Shown one piece after another: positions 29,051-41,020 of a stretch of 64,000 nt of DNA. The stretch lies in assembly GCA_013239625.1 (NCBI GenBank), contig MU054541.1:14985530-15049529 (forward strand), in the 5' to 3' direction. Within the stretch, counting starts at the first letter, position 1. Each line of letters begins with the position of its first letter. The notes below the pieces were generated by a model, which was not told the DNA's origin, did no database searches, and was given only the letters and a program-made list of their open reading frames with translations. This DNA is from Lama guanicoe (Eukaryota). The position numbers were made by a program, and so were the translations under genes.

Positions 29051-31578
29051 CTTTCTGGTTGTTTTTGTTTTGTTTCGTTTTGAAGGCTGTGCCCGCCTCT
29101 AAGTCGGAGGTTCTTCAACTTCAGCACGCGTCAGCGTCCCTTGGAGAGGCTGTGCTAACTCAGTGCTGGGCCCCACCCCGGAGTTTCGGACTCAGTAGGT
29201 CTGGGGTGCGGCACAAAGTATTTGTAGCAAGGGCCTGCTGATGCTGGATCCACCGCCTGGGGTCTTTCGGGTCCTCCCCAGGCCAGTGAGGAACGCCGTA
29301 ATTGCATTTCAACTTGGGGACTTGTAAGGAGGCACCAGACACAGCTGGCCTGTCTTCCTCTTGGAACAACTCCAAGATTTGGGGGAAGGAGACACTTTAC
29401 AGTTAAGTAAATACTGACATATTATGGAGTGAAATCCAAAATTTGCAAACTACTTTAAACGTAAAATAGGATTTCACAAAGGTTTTAAGGTCGTGATGAC
29501 CTCCTGGGCTCCAGCCTTACGAGGACCTGTGTCCACTCCAGGGCGGGGACGGGCCCAGGGAGCAGGACCTGCGGTGGCGTGGGCCCAGCGCTGTTCCACT
29601 CTCTTCTCTTTGATGGAATCGTTAGAAGTCCCCACCCCCGTGGCACGCGAAATATATTGGAGGAGACCAAGATTAACCAGAGAACTGTACAAGACAGTCA
29701 GCTCCTGTGGCAGGTGCCAAGAAGGCAGCTCCAGCCTGGTCGAGGAGGCCGGGAAAGCCTCTGGGAAGGAGTGGGAGTTAACAGTGGGGCTGCCGGAAGG
29801 AACGTTTCCGCCACACAGAGGTCTTGGGGAGGTGGAGGGGTGTGCAAGTGTAGGGAGCACATGGCACCTCCTTCCAGGATCCCTAAGGCAGCCTCTGACT
29901 ATTGTAGTTGGCCTGGGGCTAGCCGGGCCAGCACACGGTTTCCCTCTCCCTTTGTCACTGGTGTCCCACGCCTCCCCCCCAGCAGCCTCCATCTCAGAGC
30001 AGGCCGACCCCACTCTCCTCCAGCACAGCTTCCATCCGATGGAGGAGGAACCCCCTCCCTGCCCAGGGAGTTCAGGACCGAGCAAGTGACCCAGCCAGTG
30101 AGGTGACACGGGGAGCTTCCTTTTTCCCATGAGAAGATGCCACATTACTGTAGCGCCCAAAACAGTCACAGCCACCTTGCTGTGTCAGAGGTGACGCGAT
30201 TCCTGAGCGTGGGAGATGGAGGGCCCTCAAGGTGACACAGGCTCGAGCAGCTGAGGTGATGTTTCTCAGTGTGAAGGCTGCTGCCCTTTGGAGCAGGATA
30301 ACTCCCTGTTGTGACCGCCTGCAGCAAACATTTCTAAGATCTTTAACGTCCGAGAGCCCTCCCCTCAAGATGCTGCTAGCAGCCCCAGGAATCCTGAGGA
30401 CTGAGGACCCCGTACCCCCGCTTGCAAACATCCCAGCTGAGGGGGTGGTAGGAGAACCATGGAGCTCAGTCTTTGGACCTCCTACCAAGAGGGCTGAAGA
30501 AAAAATACAGCCTTCTGGTTCAGTCGGCACGACTGAGCTTTCTGCTGCTTGCAGACCGGCTTCATAACAGGAAGGCAGCACTATGATAATTCTGAAAGGA
30601 GTCAGCTGAGCCTCCCAGAGGGATGAGTCCGGGGCTCCCCGAGCGGAGGTGGGCAAGTGGTCCCGTTCAGGGTGAGCTCCTGCGCCTCCCCCCGCCTGCT
30701 CCCCTCCGGTCACACGGAGGCAACTCTGAACTTCACTGTTTGGAGTTTTCTCCTTCCCACCAACTTCCCCCATAAAAACAAACCTAGTTGGTTTGTTCCG
30801 TGGGGGGAAGAATGAACAAACAAAAAACAAAGGACAGGATACGTATGTGGAAGAAACCCTGATACGCACAAAACACGTTTCTGGTTGTCTACGCATGGGG
30901 TATTTCTGGAAAGGTCCTGTTGACAGAGGAGTGCCTCTGGGGAGCCGAGCTGCGGGGCTGGGGGTGAGAGGTGGGCGGGAAACTTCCTTCTCCCACGACA
31001 GCCCTTCGTGCACAGTCCTGACGGAGGACTCTTGCCCTGCTTCGGCACCAGCTGTATCTGTCTGCCAAGTCTGGTCCAGACTCCACCCTGACATCATCTG
31101 ACTCCCACCACTTCTGCACCGTCCTCTCTCTCTGCTCCCCTTCAGATATCACTTTCTGCCTAGCTCCCCTCCAAGCCCCCTGGGCTGGCGTGAGTGAGGC
31201 AGCAGGGCCCCGAACCGACCTGAGAAACGGCCATGTCACCTGTTCCATCGTTGGGACTCCCCGCGATTTTGTTTGAACCAAGAAATCCACAGCAAATCAG
31301 CATCGCCATTGTCCTCCTCCCCATCGTGTAAACCAGTGCTCAGGAGAGCCCTCCTCCAAACTCTCTCCCCTTAAAAGTACTTGTGCCCCCCCTTCATCGC
31401 CTGGAGTGACCCCACCTCCACTTGCTGAAGTTACCTGGTCTTTAAGGCAATTTCCAAATTTTACCTCCTTTGTGAGCTTCTGGGACCACCCAGTTAGTAA
31501 TGATGACTTTTGCTCTGAGGCAGATTTATGGTGAAACTGAAGTGTTCCTGGACCCCTTCTGATGTGTTCACATAGTCA

Positions 31579-31951
31579 TGTGATAAAAATAAAATTCCTA
31601 TTTTATGGCAAGACAAGGAAAATTTAAACAAAAATTTTCTCTGCTCATTTGGGGCCTCCTCCCTCCCCTTTAGAGGGTGTGATGCATCTGCATTGACCCG
31701 ACTTCCTTAGGAGGTCACCGTCCTTCTTAATCTTGTAGAGTCAGGGCGGCACACTGCAAATCTGGGTTGTATGAACTGTCAATAGCACGTCATTTGACAG
31801 AATAACCCTTTGTCTCAAAAATTCACATAATCCTGCTTTGACAGTTGTCAGAGCTTTCTGAAAGACTGTCTCCCAGGTTATAGTCTTCAGGTTGGCCTTG
31901 AATAAAGTTTTCTATTTCTTTATTAGATGGAGTATTAATTAATTTGTCGAC
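31579..31951 (+). mobile_element. Solo ERV1-type LTR
   Basis: Starts TGTGATAAAA and ends TTTGTCGACA (imperfect inverted termini); AATAAA at 31901-31906. Confidence 0.6.
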
Positions 31952-31989
31952 AGTACCATCTTAACAAAGAACAATACGTTTGTAGAGAA

Positions 31990-32370
31990 GAGACAAGACA
32001 AGGAAAGGAGGTATACAGTTTGAGGAGTGGTAAACTTGGGGAAGTAACTATGCGGGGGAAACTCAGGGAAGGTAAGAGCTGTCTTGTGAGGTTTGTTAGG
32101 GAGATTCCTCTGGGCTGAGAAGAGCCTAGCATCACCTCCAGTGGCTGAGTCCAAGAGTTGTTGTTTCTTTGGGGGGGGGGTAATTAGGTTTATTTATTTA
32201 TTTCAGTGGAGGTCCTGGGGATTGAACCTGGGACCTTGTCTGTGCTGAGCAGGCGCTCTACCACTGGGCTCCACCTTCCACTCTATCTACTGTTTCCTAA
32301 TGTTCTTCAGCTTAGAATCCTCATGCCAAAGTGGCACATTTTGCGGCGGTTTATTCTGATGCCCTTTGGC
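31990..32370 (-). mobile_element. MER31/MER67-like LTR fragment, interrupted by a SINE
   Basis: atgccaaagtggcacattttgcggcggtttattctgatgccctt resembles the MER31/MER67 terminal sequence. Confidence 0.5.
32171..32279 (-). mobile_element. tRNA-derived SINE (camelid Vic-1-like)
   Basis: The reverse complement has A/B boxes (agcccagtggtagagcgc...ggttcaatcccca) and the tail aaataaataaacctaattaccccc. Confidence 0.8.
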
Positions 32371-32999
32371 ATTCGGAGTGCCTCCCCCCTCGACCATGGG
32401 CAGGCCCAGGAGCCCCTTCCTACTGAACCCTACCAGGATGTGATTAGGTCTCTTGCTGACGCTGAAGAAGCCTTGTTGTGAGAGGCTGGTGGAAAGGCTG
32501 GTGCGGAAAGCGACATTTGGTTTCCATGGGAAACAGAATCGATCAGATTCCCGTGTTTGCGAGCAGAAACCTGTCGCACATGTTTTACAGCTGCTATATG
32601 AAAGAACTTTGATGGGGACTTTCCAAAATGTTCCTACAAAAATATAGGGGGGAAAGGCATCACCGAAGCATTTCAGGCAGTTAATAGGAAGCTGATGTCC
32701 TCTGGAGTTGGTGTGTCTATGGTGTAGGTCAGGGTTTTAAAATGTATACTTTGCTGTTATTTATTTCCTCATTCTGAGCATTAATTTTCTTGCCTAATGT
32801 TTACCTGTCATTTTGTTGTCTTTTTCTTAAAGAAGCCTCCTTCCTCCCCACTCCACAGCTGTGTAAGTTTCAGCCGTAGAGAAGCAGGATCTGCCCTTCT
32901 TTTCCTTCTGGTTCTATTTTCATTCAAAATTTTGATGTTTTGTTTCTCATGGATTCCTTGCATTAATTTAGATTTTTTAAATATTGAATTACAACATTT

Positions 33000-33690
33000 A
33001 TCTTTTTTATTGGAGTATTGTCAGTTTACAATGTTGTGTTAGTCTCTGGTATCCAGCATAGTGATTCAGTCATACATATGTATATTCTTTTTCATAACAG
33101 GTTTTTACAGGATATTGAATACAGTTCCCTGTGCTATATAGTAGGACCCTGGTGTTTATCTATTTTATGTATAGAAATTAGTACCTGCAAATCCCAAACT
33201 CCCGATTTATCCCTCCCCGTCCCCCTTACCCTTTCATTTTCTCTGTCTGTGAGTCTGTTTCTGGTTTGTCAGTAAGTTCACTTGTGACTTTTTTTTTAGA
33301 TTCCACATATAAGTGGATATCATGATATTTGTCTTTGTCTGACTTACTTCNNNNNNNNNNNNNNNNNNNNNNNNNNNNNNNNNNNNNNNNNNNNNNNNNN
33401 NNNNNNNNNNNNNNNNNNNNNNNNNNNNNNNNNNNNNNNNNNNNNNNNNNNNNNNNNNNNNNNNNNNNNNNNNNNNNNNNNNNNNNNNNNNNNNNNNNNN
33501 NNNNNNNNNNNNNNNNNNNNNNNNNNNCTGCTGTAAATAGTGCTGCTATGAACATTGGGGTGCATGTGTCTTTCTGAATTAGAGTTTATTCCAGATCTAT
33601 GCCCAGGAGTGGGACTGCTGGATCATAGGGTCACTCTATTTTCAGTTTTTTAAGGAACCTCCATACTGTTTTGCATAGTGGCTGCACTGA
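33000..33690 (-). mobile_element. L1 3' end, containing assembly gap 33351-33527
   Basis: L1 antisense 3' motifs; the ORF track gives MFIAALFTA (ORF2 C-terminus). Confidence 0.9.
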
Positions 33691-33894
33691 AAAAATATGA
33701 CTTATCTTGTTGCTCAGGTGTTTGATGCCCTTTAAATTCGTGTCTGAAGCAGGTGCCTCACTCGCCCCCGCGGTCTCCAGCCCTGTTTAGTGCACATATT
33801 TGATGCGTGAGCTGAGATACATTTTCTTCCTCCGCAGCCCCTCCTGACTCCTTGGGTTAAAATTTAACGTAGTGTAGTTTTCTGTTTTTAAGCA

Positions 33895-33970
33895 AAGGTA
33901 CTGGGGATTGAACCCAGGACCTCCATGTGTGCTGAGCATGCACTCTACCACTGAGTTACACTAACCCCCA
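33895..33970 (-). mobile_element. tRNA-derived SINE
   Basis: ggtactggggattgaacccaggacc...gctgagcatgcactctaccactgag. Confidence 0.8.
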
Positions 33971-34559
33971 CACTTAATGTGGTTTTGAAAATATATGTAT
34001 ATATAAATATATACGGCATATGCTTATATATGCACAGAGTATATTTGAAAAGTTATTTTAAAAACTAATAATAGAGCATGCTTTGGAGGAGGGCAAAAGG
34101 GAGTGACAGGCAGGAAGTTTGCCTTAGAGACTTGCCTTAGAACATATATTTTTAAATTTTTAAGGGAAAATTTCTTAAGAAAATACATATATTTTTTCTT
34201 ATTACAAAAGCAATGCTTATTGACTATGGGAAAATTCGACAATACGATAAGGTGTGAAAGTGTAACCATTTGTGATTCCATCACCCAGCAATAATCGTCT
34301 TGTTAGTTAAATATCTCTTCCTAGCTGCCCAATTCTCGCTTCTGCAAACTCGTGGCATTATTGCCTGCTTTAACGTAATGCCCATAGCATTACTGCCCCG
34401 GGCAGTTCTGACTTGTTTCTAGATCTTATCTCCAATTGGCTTATCTCTGCTTGGAGAACAGGGACTCTTGTCTAACTGGTCTTTGTTACTTTCCCAGAGT
34501 GTGGGATAGGAGGCTTGGTCTGAAACGAAGACCCAGTAGATAGAATAGCTGAGTTGAAG

Positions 34560-34865
34560 CCTCAGTGCCACCATCTCTACTGGGATGTGACCTCTCTGAG
34601 CTTCAGTTTCCTCATCGGTAAAATGGGACCATGTGCATGCCCACATAAAGAGGAAAACCCTTGCAAAATGCTTTGCACAGAGCTCACCATGTGGGTGCAC
34701 AGAAACTGTTTTCTGTTAGTGCCTACTAGCACAGTGCCTTCAACCATTAATTCACCATGTATTTATCACAGGCCTGCCGTGTGCCAGCCACTCTCCTAGG
34801 TGCTAGGGACCCTGCCGTCAACAAAATGCAAGTCCTTGCCTTCCAGGAGCTCACATCGTAGTGTC
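34560..34865. mobile_element. MIR fragment followed by L2 3' fragment
   Basis: ctctctgagcttcagtttcctcatcggtaaaatggg (MIR core); gtgtgccagccactctcctaggtgctaggga...ccttgccttccaggagctcacat (L2). Confidence 0.7.
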
Positions 34866-36088
34866 TGGGTAGGATGCAAGCAACACACAAACACATCTGT
34901 AGAATATACAGCATCCCTGATCATCATACCTGCCGTGGGCAGTGTAAAGCTTTGCACATGGCAGGTACGGACGTATTGGTGGGGACCTGGTAGATGTGTT
35001 GGCTGAGTCGTTTTCCTTTGCTTACCCTCCCATCCCCCACTTTCTCTCTGTCCCAAGAACTCCTTTCCCATGTGATTGAATCATGTGGGACCTAAGCTCT
35101 CAGGATGGGCGGTGTAGACGTCATGCAGTGGCCCCGGGCATATGATCAGAGGGGGCGGCCGCCCCAAGAACGGAGCCCAGAGGTCATGCGACATCTGGCC
35201 TGCGACATGGGGAGACACCAGCAGGTGTTTTGACGTGCTTTTCTCTCCGATGACCACACTGTTGTTCTCCTACGTTTGTGCTCCTCCCGGATTGATCGAT
35301 TGTCGCTGCTCTGTGAAGTCGGGACAGTAAACAACGGGCTGGGAGCTGCGTGGGGTGAGGGGTCACGGGGCCCTGGCTGGAGAGTGTTTATGTCCCCATG
35401 TGCCTGTCTCCACGTTTGGGCTGCAGGAACTTCTGCGTGTTTACCTTTCCTCTGCTCCCTCCGGACACTGATGTCCTACAGCCACAACCGGGACCTTCCA
35501 CGGTGTGGGGCCAACAGACACCTGCTTGTCTATAAGCTGGAGACCAAAGGCCTGGGGTCAGAATGTGAGCCCACGCCTAGAGCAAATCAGAGTGTGGGGA
35601 CCTGGGATCTTTGTTAAAGGGAAAAAGGAAACTTAGAGCGTTAACTTGCACCACGATCAGTGTAGGGTTCTTGTGAGATGTCACACATGCCAAAGTTGAT
35701 TTGTTCCAGCAGTCCTCCCATAGCCAAGCGTTGACACATTCATTCAAATAAATGTTAAACCTTCATACTATATATTAATATTTAAGGATTATATTATTCC
35801 ACTATTATGGTGGTTAAAGTTCCTCGACACAGATCATTGGCTGCAAACTGGCATTGAATTTGTTTAAATACTTCTTCCTTTGTGTGTCTCATTGTACCTT
35901 AAACTGATTCAAATGTGTAATGTTTCCTTTTTCCACAAGACAGATCCACAAGTTGCTCTATATAGAAGTCAGGCTCCAAAACAGTCCCCAGTGACCCCTG
36001 CCTCCTGGTGTTCACAGCCCCCCCACGACCTCCTCCAACAGGAGGCTGTGGAGGTGACAATGCGTGACTTCCGAGTCTCTCTCACAGC

Positions 36089-36490
36089 GTTGCCACAGAA
36101 CAGGTTCTTGTCGCGCACAGGAAAGAATTCAAGCGAGCGCCATAGTCAGGTGAAAGCGAGTTTATTGAGAGACACACTCCACAGACAGAAAATGGTCATC
36201 TCTCTCAGGAGGGAGAGCGGCCTCAGGGTGCAGAGAAGGTGAGTCCTTCTGGGCTGAGTAATTTCATATGCTAACTTTTTTACTCAGCCAGGGAATTGTC
36301 ATGGCGCCTGTGGGACTGTCACTTAGCAGCTAATGTATTACAATGAGCGTATAATGAGGCCCAAGGTCTACTGGAAGTCAAATCTTCTGCCATCTTGGGC
36401 CAGGTTGGTTCTAACCAGTTCATGTTGTATCCTTAATGGCTGTGCCATTCTTTTAATGGTTATGCCCTGCTCCCTTCCCTCCTGTCTCCA
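36089..36490 (-). mobile_element. Solo ERV1-type LTR
   Basis: ttgccacagaacaggttcttg...gagtttattgagag (AATAAA on -)...aattgtcatggcgcc...gccatcttgg...cctgtctcca. Confidence 0.65.
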
Positions 36491-36502
36491 TAAGACACTG
36501 AG

Positions 36503-36610
36503 GAGGGTTGGGTAAATAGCTCAGTGGTAGAGCGCATGCTTAGCATGCACAAGGCCCTGAGGTCCCGGGTTCAAACCCCAGTACTTCCACTAACAACAAC
36601 AACAACAAAA
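36503..36610 (+). mobile_element. tRNA-Ala-like SINE with 11-bp target site duplication
   Basis: tagctcagtggtagagcgcatgcttagcatgc...gggttcaaaccccag with a (CAA)n tail. Flanked by aagacactgag (36492-36502) and aagacattgag (36611-36621). Confidence 0.9.
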
Positions 36611-37289
36611 AAGACATTGAGCATTCCCCTTGCTCTCTCCTGAATCACTTGCTTTGGGGAAGTCAGTTGCCATGTCATGAGAACACAAGCAGCCTTGCGG
36701 AGCAAACAGCATCCGCTCACCAGTCACGTGGGTCTAAGCCTTCAGAAGACTGTGGCCTTGGCAACCCCATGAGACATAAGTCAGAACCACCTAACAAAAC
36801 CACTGCCCCATTCCCTGCACTCAGAAAGTGTAAAATCGTGTTTACATTACTAAATTCGAAGTAATTTTCTTACACAGCAAATAGTTAATGCATTCTATGT
36901 ACATAAATGTTATGTAAATATAATACAAATATGTAAATGTCCACAGATGCGTAAGTTTTGTCTGGAACCTCACGGTTCTACCCCTGGAACTTGATCTCAT
37001 ACTCTCATGTGTACATATTTTGCTGAAGTGCCGTCTGTAGTAGAAGGCCAGAAATGTCTTACATGTTGTAGAAAAGGGCACAGATTCAACATACAGTAAA
37101 TTACATATATCCGCAAGTTATGTAATCGGTGCAGCCCTTACAAATTTGGGGTAGCTCTTTTATTTTTAAGGGAAGATTTCAGGCGTGTGTGTCCCAATGG
37201 GAGGATGTTAGCATGAAGTTGCAGGTGAGCCAATAGGGGCAGGATGTCTTGTGAGATTGGTTAAGGGTGCATGTTTGTGTTTGTTTTTA

Positions 37290-37650
37290 ATTCTTTTTTA
37301 TTGAAGTGTAGTTGACTTACAATGTTAGTTTCACGTGTACAGCAAAGTGATTCAGCTATACATATACATACATACATATTTTTTCAGATTCTTTTCCATT
37401 ATAGCTCATTACAAGAACCTGAATGTAGTTCCCTGTGCTGTACAGCAGGTCCCTGTTGGTCATCTATTTTATATACAATAATGTGTATCTGTTAATCTGA
37501 AACTCCTCATTTATTTCTTGCTTTTGTTTTTTTATCTTTTGGGGGAGGAGGTAATTAGGTTTATTTATTATTCATTATTTTTTAAGGGAGGATCCCCAGG
37601 ACCTCGTGCATGCTAAGCACAGGCTCCACCACTGAGCCAGACGCTCCTCC
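37290..37650 (-). mobile_element. L1 3' end plus partial tRNA-SINE
   Basis: ttttattgaagtgtagttgacttacaatgttag...; ggtaattaggtttattt...caggacctcgtgcatgctaagcacaggctccaccactgagc. Confidence 0.8.
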
Positions 37651-38149
37651 CACCGCTCAGATAGCTCCTTCAGCGCTCAGATGAAACAGGCTCCAAGAAT
37701 AGGGTTAAGAACAAAACAAACAAGACCAGAACTGTGTGAGCAGCAAGCTTCTCTTGGTTCAGTGAAAGGGGAGGAGCATGCTGGCTACATGCACAGACGG
37801 TTTCTACAAGGAAACACAAGAGGCAGGTAATGTCGTTTCCTCTTCACACAGGGGTCCGGAGACCAGAGTCATTGCACACCCTCTTATCACGGTCCATCTT
37901 CATCATGGGCTTTTATTACTTTCCCAGTTAAAAGCAGTTAATTTAAAAATCAAGGAAAACAAGATGGAAGCAGGAAATTTTTACCTTAACTGTAAAGGGA
38001 ATTAAAGTAGAAAAAATAGAAAGCAAACAGCAGACATGAAAGCGATTTGATAATCTCAAATAGCGTGGAGATACGGGGCTGTAAAACCAAATGTGACCCT
38101 GATGAGCCAGGAGTAACAGCAGGGACCAGGACAGGGACCAGGACGGGGA

Positions 38150-38650
38150 GGGAAGAGGTACCAGCCAGAGGCCGCCGAGGCGCAGGGTCCCCTGCGAAGC
38201 CCGCAGCGAGGACACGGGGTGCCCACTAGCCCCCCCCCGCCAAGGATGCCTGAGGCCGAGCCGCACAGAGCGAGGGGAGGCGGGGAAACAGAAAAGGGCG
38301 CGAGGCCGGAGGGCGTCAGGCTGGGCGCGGCTCCCCGGGCCCGCGCTCCCCGGGCCGGCACCGAGGCTGGGAGGGCGGCCGAGTGCAGCGTGTGCGCTGA
38401 AGGCCGCGCGGCCCCAGAGCCCGTCCCACGGGGAGAGGGGCCTGGGCAGAGAGCTGGCAGCGTCCACCGTCCCGCGTGCGGGACCTGCTTCAGCAGGGAG
38501 CCCGCGTGGCCCCCGGGGTCTCGCTGGAGTCCCGCCTTCTCCTCTTTCCGGCGGAGAGAGCCCACGGAGGTGGGGGGCGGCACTCGCGCAGACACGGGTC
38601 TCGCAGGGGGAGGGCGTAGCTCAGGGGCAGAGCGTGTGCCTCGGATGCGC
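38150..38650. promoter_or_regulatory. Orphan CpG island ~10 kb upstream of PPP1R3G
   Basis: About 500 bp of dense CpG and GC boxes (ggggaggcgggg, gggagggcgg, ggggggcgg) with no recognisable coding sequence. Confidence 0.7.
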
Positions 38651-38830
38651 GAAGTCCTGGGTTCAATCCCCAGTACTTCCATGTAAAAAATTAATAATTG
38701 TAAGCATTTTAGGGAGAGATGTAGCTCAGTGGCAGATCGCGTCCCTAGCATGCACGAGGTCCTGAGCTCAATCCTCGGTACCTCCATTAAAATAAATAAC
38801 CTGATTATCTTCCCTGCCACCCCCCCAAAA
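38606..38830 (+). mobile_element. Two tandem tRNA-derived SINEs
   Basis: gggggagggcgtagctcag...gggttcaatccccagtacttcc (38606-38690) and gggagagatgtagctcagtggcag...ctcaatcctcggtacctcc with a taaataacctgatta tail (38712-38830). Confidence 0.85.
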
Positions 38831-39169
38831 AAGGAAAACAGAAAGAAATGTATCATGGGGGATTGGAACGGTAATAAGGGAGCCGTAACTGCATTGGAGC
38901 CTAATGTGGAGGAGTGAGTCCCCCCAAAATCACAAAGTGAGGGAGGGCGTGGAGTCTACAGCTAGAGCCCCTGGGTCTCCCACACGGCTCCCTATAGTCC
39001 TGAGGGTGGAGTGGGTGGAGCGGGGGGGGCCTGGGAAGTTCTTGAGCACCCCTTTAGGTGAAAGCACTTGCCAGCCTCTCAGTTACTGCAGGGCCGGCTG
39101 GACAGCAGTGTCCCTGATAAAGGGGAGGGGTGGATTCTGAGAAGCCAGGGGGAAGGGGTGGAGGGGTGA

Positions 39170-39827
39170 AGTCAAAATTATTTTCATAGCAATATTAAGG
39201 CAGTACTTGCCTTTTCCACTTTGCAGACATCTGCGCTACACAAAAGCAGTGATGGGTAAAACCAGGCCAGCGTCATCCTAGATAAACCAGTAAAAACTAT
39301 AGACTGTATTCAATCTCAACACTGAGTACCTGGCTTTCAATGTTCTAAGTGGCAGAATGGGAAAGAAGCCTGAAGCACTTCTCCTCCCGAAGTGTGATGA
39401 CGGCCCCAGGGAGGAGCACTTGGGGGACTGGTATGAGTTGGACCACCTGCTTGTATTCATGAAAAGCCAGCTTTACTTAAAAGAGTGACCGGTAAGCCAT
39501 GGGCATCCATACTGGGGCGTGCAGTCGACCTGTTCTTGCAAATCACTGACGCGAGTCTCTGACTTCAAGGAAAACAACAGAAAGCACGTGTTGCCAATTC
39601 TGAAATCTGAACTTTAAAGGAAAAATAGTAATTTGAAATACTAGCATCTACCATGGGATTGACAGCCTCCCAGCACTCACAGACTTCTCGGATGAGACCA
39701 GCGGTGAAGCAAATGTGATTTCAGATAGTGGATGATGAAAGGTAGCGGCAGTTGGAAGATCTGCATTTCCCAGTAGATCTATGTTTCCCAAATAACCAAG
39801 ATACCATGTTACAAAATCATGTCTGGG
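39170..39827. mobile_element. Charlie1a-like hAT DNA transposon remnant
   Basis: gtcaaaattattttcatagcaata...cttcaaggaaaacaac...ttggaagatctgcat...atgttacaaaatcatg. Confidence 0.7.
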
Positions 39828-39829
39828 CC

Positions 39830-40020
39830 ACTGTATATAAAACAGATAAACAACAAGGATTGTACAGCACAGGGAACTATATTCAGTATCTTTTAATAAC
39901 CTATAATGGAAAAGAATCTGAAAAAAGAATATATACATATGTATTTATAACTGAATCACTTTGCTGTATATATGAAACTAACACAATAGTGTAACTCAAC
40001 TATATGTCAACATTTTAAAA
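39830..40020 (+). mobile_element. L1 3' tail, sense
   Basis: aacagataaacaacaagg...cacagggaactatattcagtatc...actgaatcactttgctgta. Confidence 0.85.
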
Positions 40021-40153
40021 AGAACAAAGAAAAAAGGGTTATTACTTGAAAAATACTGGAGCTATAATTTACCTGAAGTCCCTCATTTAAGTTGAGAAGT
40101 AACTGATACAGGAGGTTTCTGATTATACTTCCCAGGGATTCTGGTTTCAATGT

Positions 40154-40682
40154 CTGATTTCTTTTTTTTAATTGAATATAATCATTTTACAATGTTGTGT
40201 CAATTTCTGGCATACAGTGCAATACTTCAGTCATATAGGAACTTACATATATCCATTTTCATATTCTTTTTCACCATAAATTACTATAAGATATTGAATA
40301 TAGTTCCCTGTGCTATACAGTATAAACTTGTTGTTTGTCTATTTTATATATAGTAGTTAGTATCTGAAAATCTCAAACTCTCAATTTATCCCCTCCCACC
40401 CACTTCCCCTCCTGATAACCATAAGTTTGTTTTCTATGTTTGTGAGTCTGTTTCTCTTTTGTAAATAAGTTGTCTTTTTTTTTAGATTCCACATATGAGT
40501 GATACCATAGGGTATTTTNNNNNNNNNNNNNNNNNNNNNNNNNNNNNNNNNNNNNNNNNNNNNNNNNNNNNNNNNNNNNNNNNNNNNNNNNNNNNNNNNN
40601 NNNNNNNNNNNNNNNNNNNNNNNNNNNNNNNNNNNNNNNNNNNNNNNTATCCAGTCATCTGTCAACAGATACCTGATTTCTT
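40154..40682 (-). mobile_element. 5'-truncated L1 with 10-bp TSD, containing assembly gap 40519-40647
   Basis: L1 antisense 3' sequence flanked by ctgatttctt at 40154-40163 and 40673-40682. Confidence 0.85.
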
Positions 40683-40857
40683 AATGAATGCTGCTTTATT
40701 GTGTCAGAGCACTTCCAAAGGTTTGCAGGAAGCTCCCGGCTCTGTGTAGGTGACTGCCCCTGATTTAAGAACAGAGTCCTCACCCACAGTGTTCTAGAGA
40801 AATCTGCTTCTGTTTCTGCTGAAGGTCTGTTGCTACTTATTCCTCAGTGAGTGGCTC

Positions 40858-41020
40858 GCTCTCCTCGCTTTCTGCCTCAGTCTCTCTTCTCACTCCTTCC
40901 CTCCCTCCCTCCCTCCCTCTGTCTGCTCCTCTCCCCTCCTCTCTCTCTCTCTCTCCTCCACTCCCTCTGTCTCTCCATCTCTCTCTGTCCTTCCATCCCT
41001 CGCCCCTCACGCCCTTCCTC
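40858..41020. repeat. Polypyrimidine (CT/CCCT)n low-complexity tract
   Basis: ctccctccctccctccctct...ctctctctctctctc. Confidence 0.9.

Larger units (their letters stand above)
31515..32890. mobile_element. Old hAT (Zaphod-like) fragments interrupted by nested LTRs and a SINE
   Basis: gaggcagatttatggtgaaactgaag...atgtgttcacatagtca at 31517-31578, plus related decayed sequence at ~32500-32890. Confidence 0.4.
35960..36890 (+). mobile_element. MLT1 (E/F-like) MaLR LTR split by an ERV1 LTR and a SINE
   Basis: ccccagtgacccctgcctcctggtgttcac...gaggtgacaatgcgtgacttccgag, resuming as tcacttgctttggggaagtcagttgccatgtcatgag...ttacacagcaaatag. Confidence 0.65.

Noticed and set aside
33226-33577. ORFs containing X runs (also 40381-40749)
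   Set aside because: Artefacts of N-gaps inside L1 elements.
36503-36590. tRNA-Ala-like sequences (also 32205, 33900, 38606, 38712)
   Set aside because: They are SINE copies with A-rich tails, a TSD and disrupted stems, not functional tRNA genes.
38056-38856. 266-aa ORF with a repeated MEV.GIE.RTS motif
   Set aside because: The repeat is the antisense translation of two tandem SINEs running into a CpG island.
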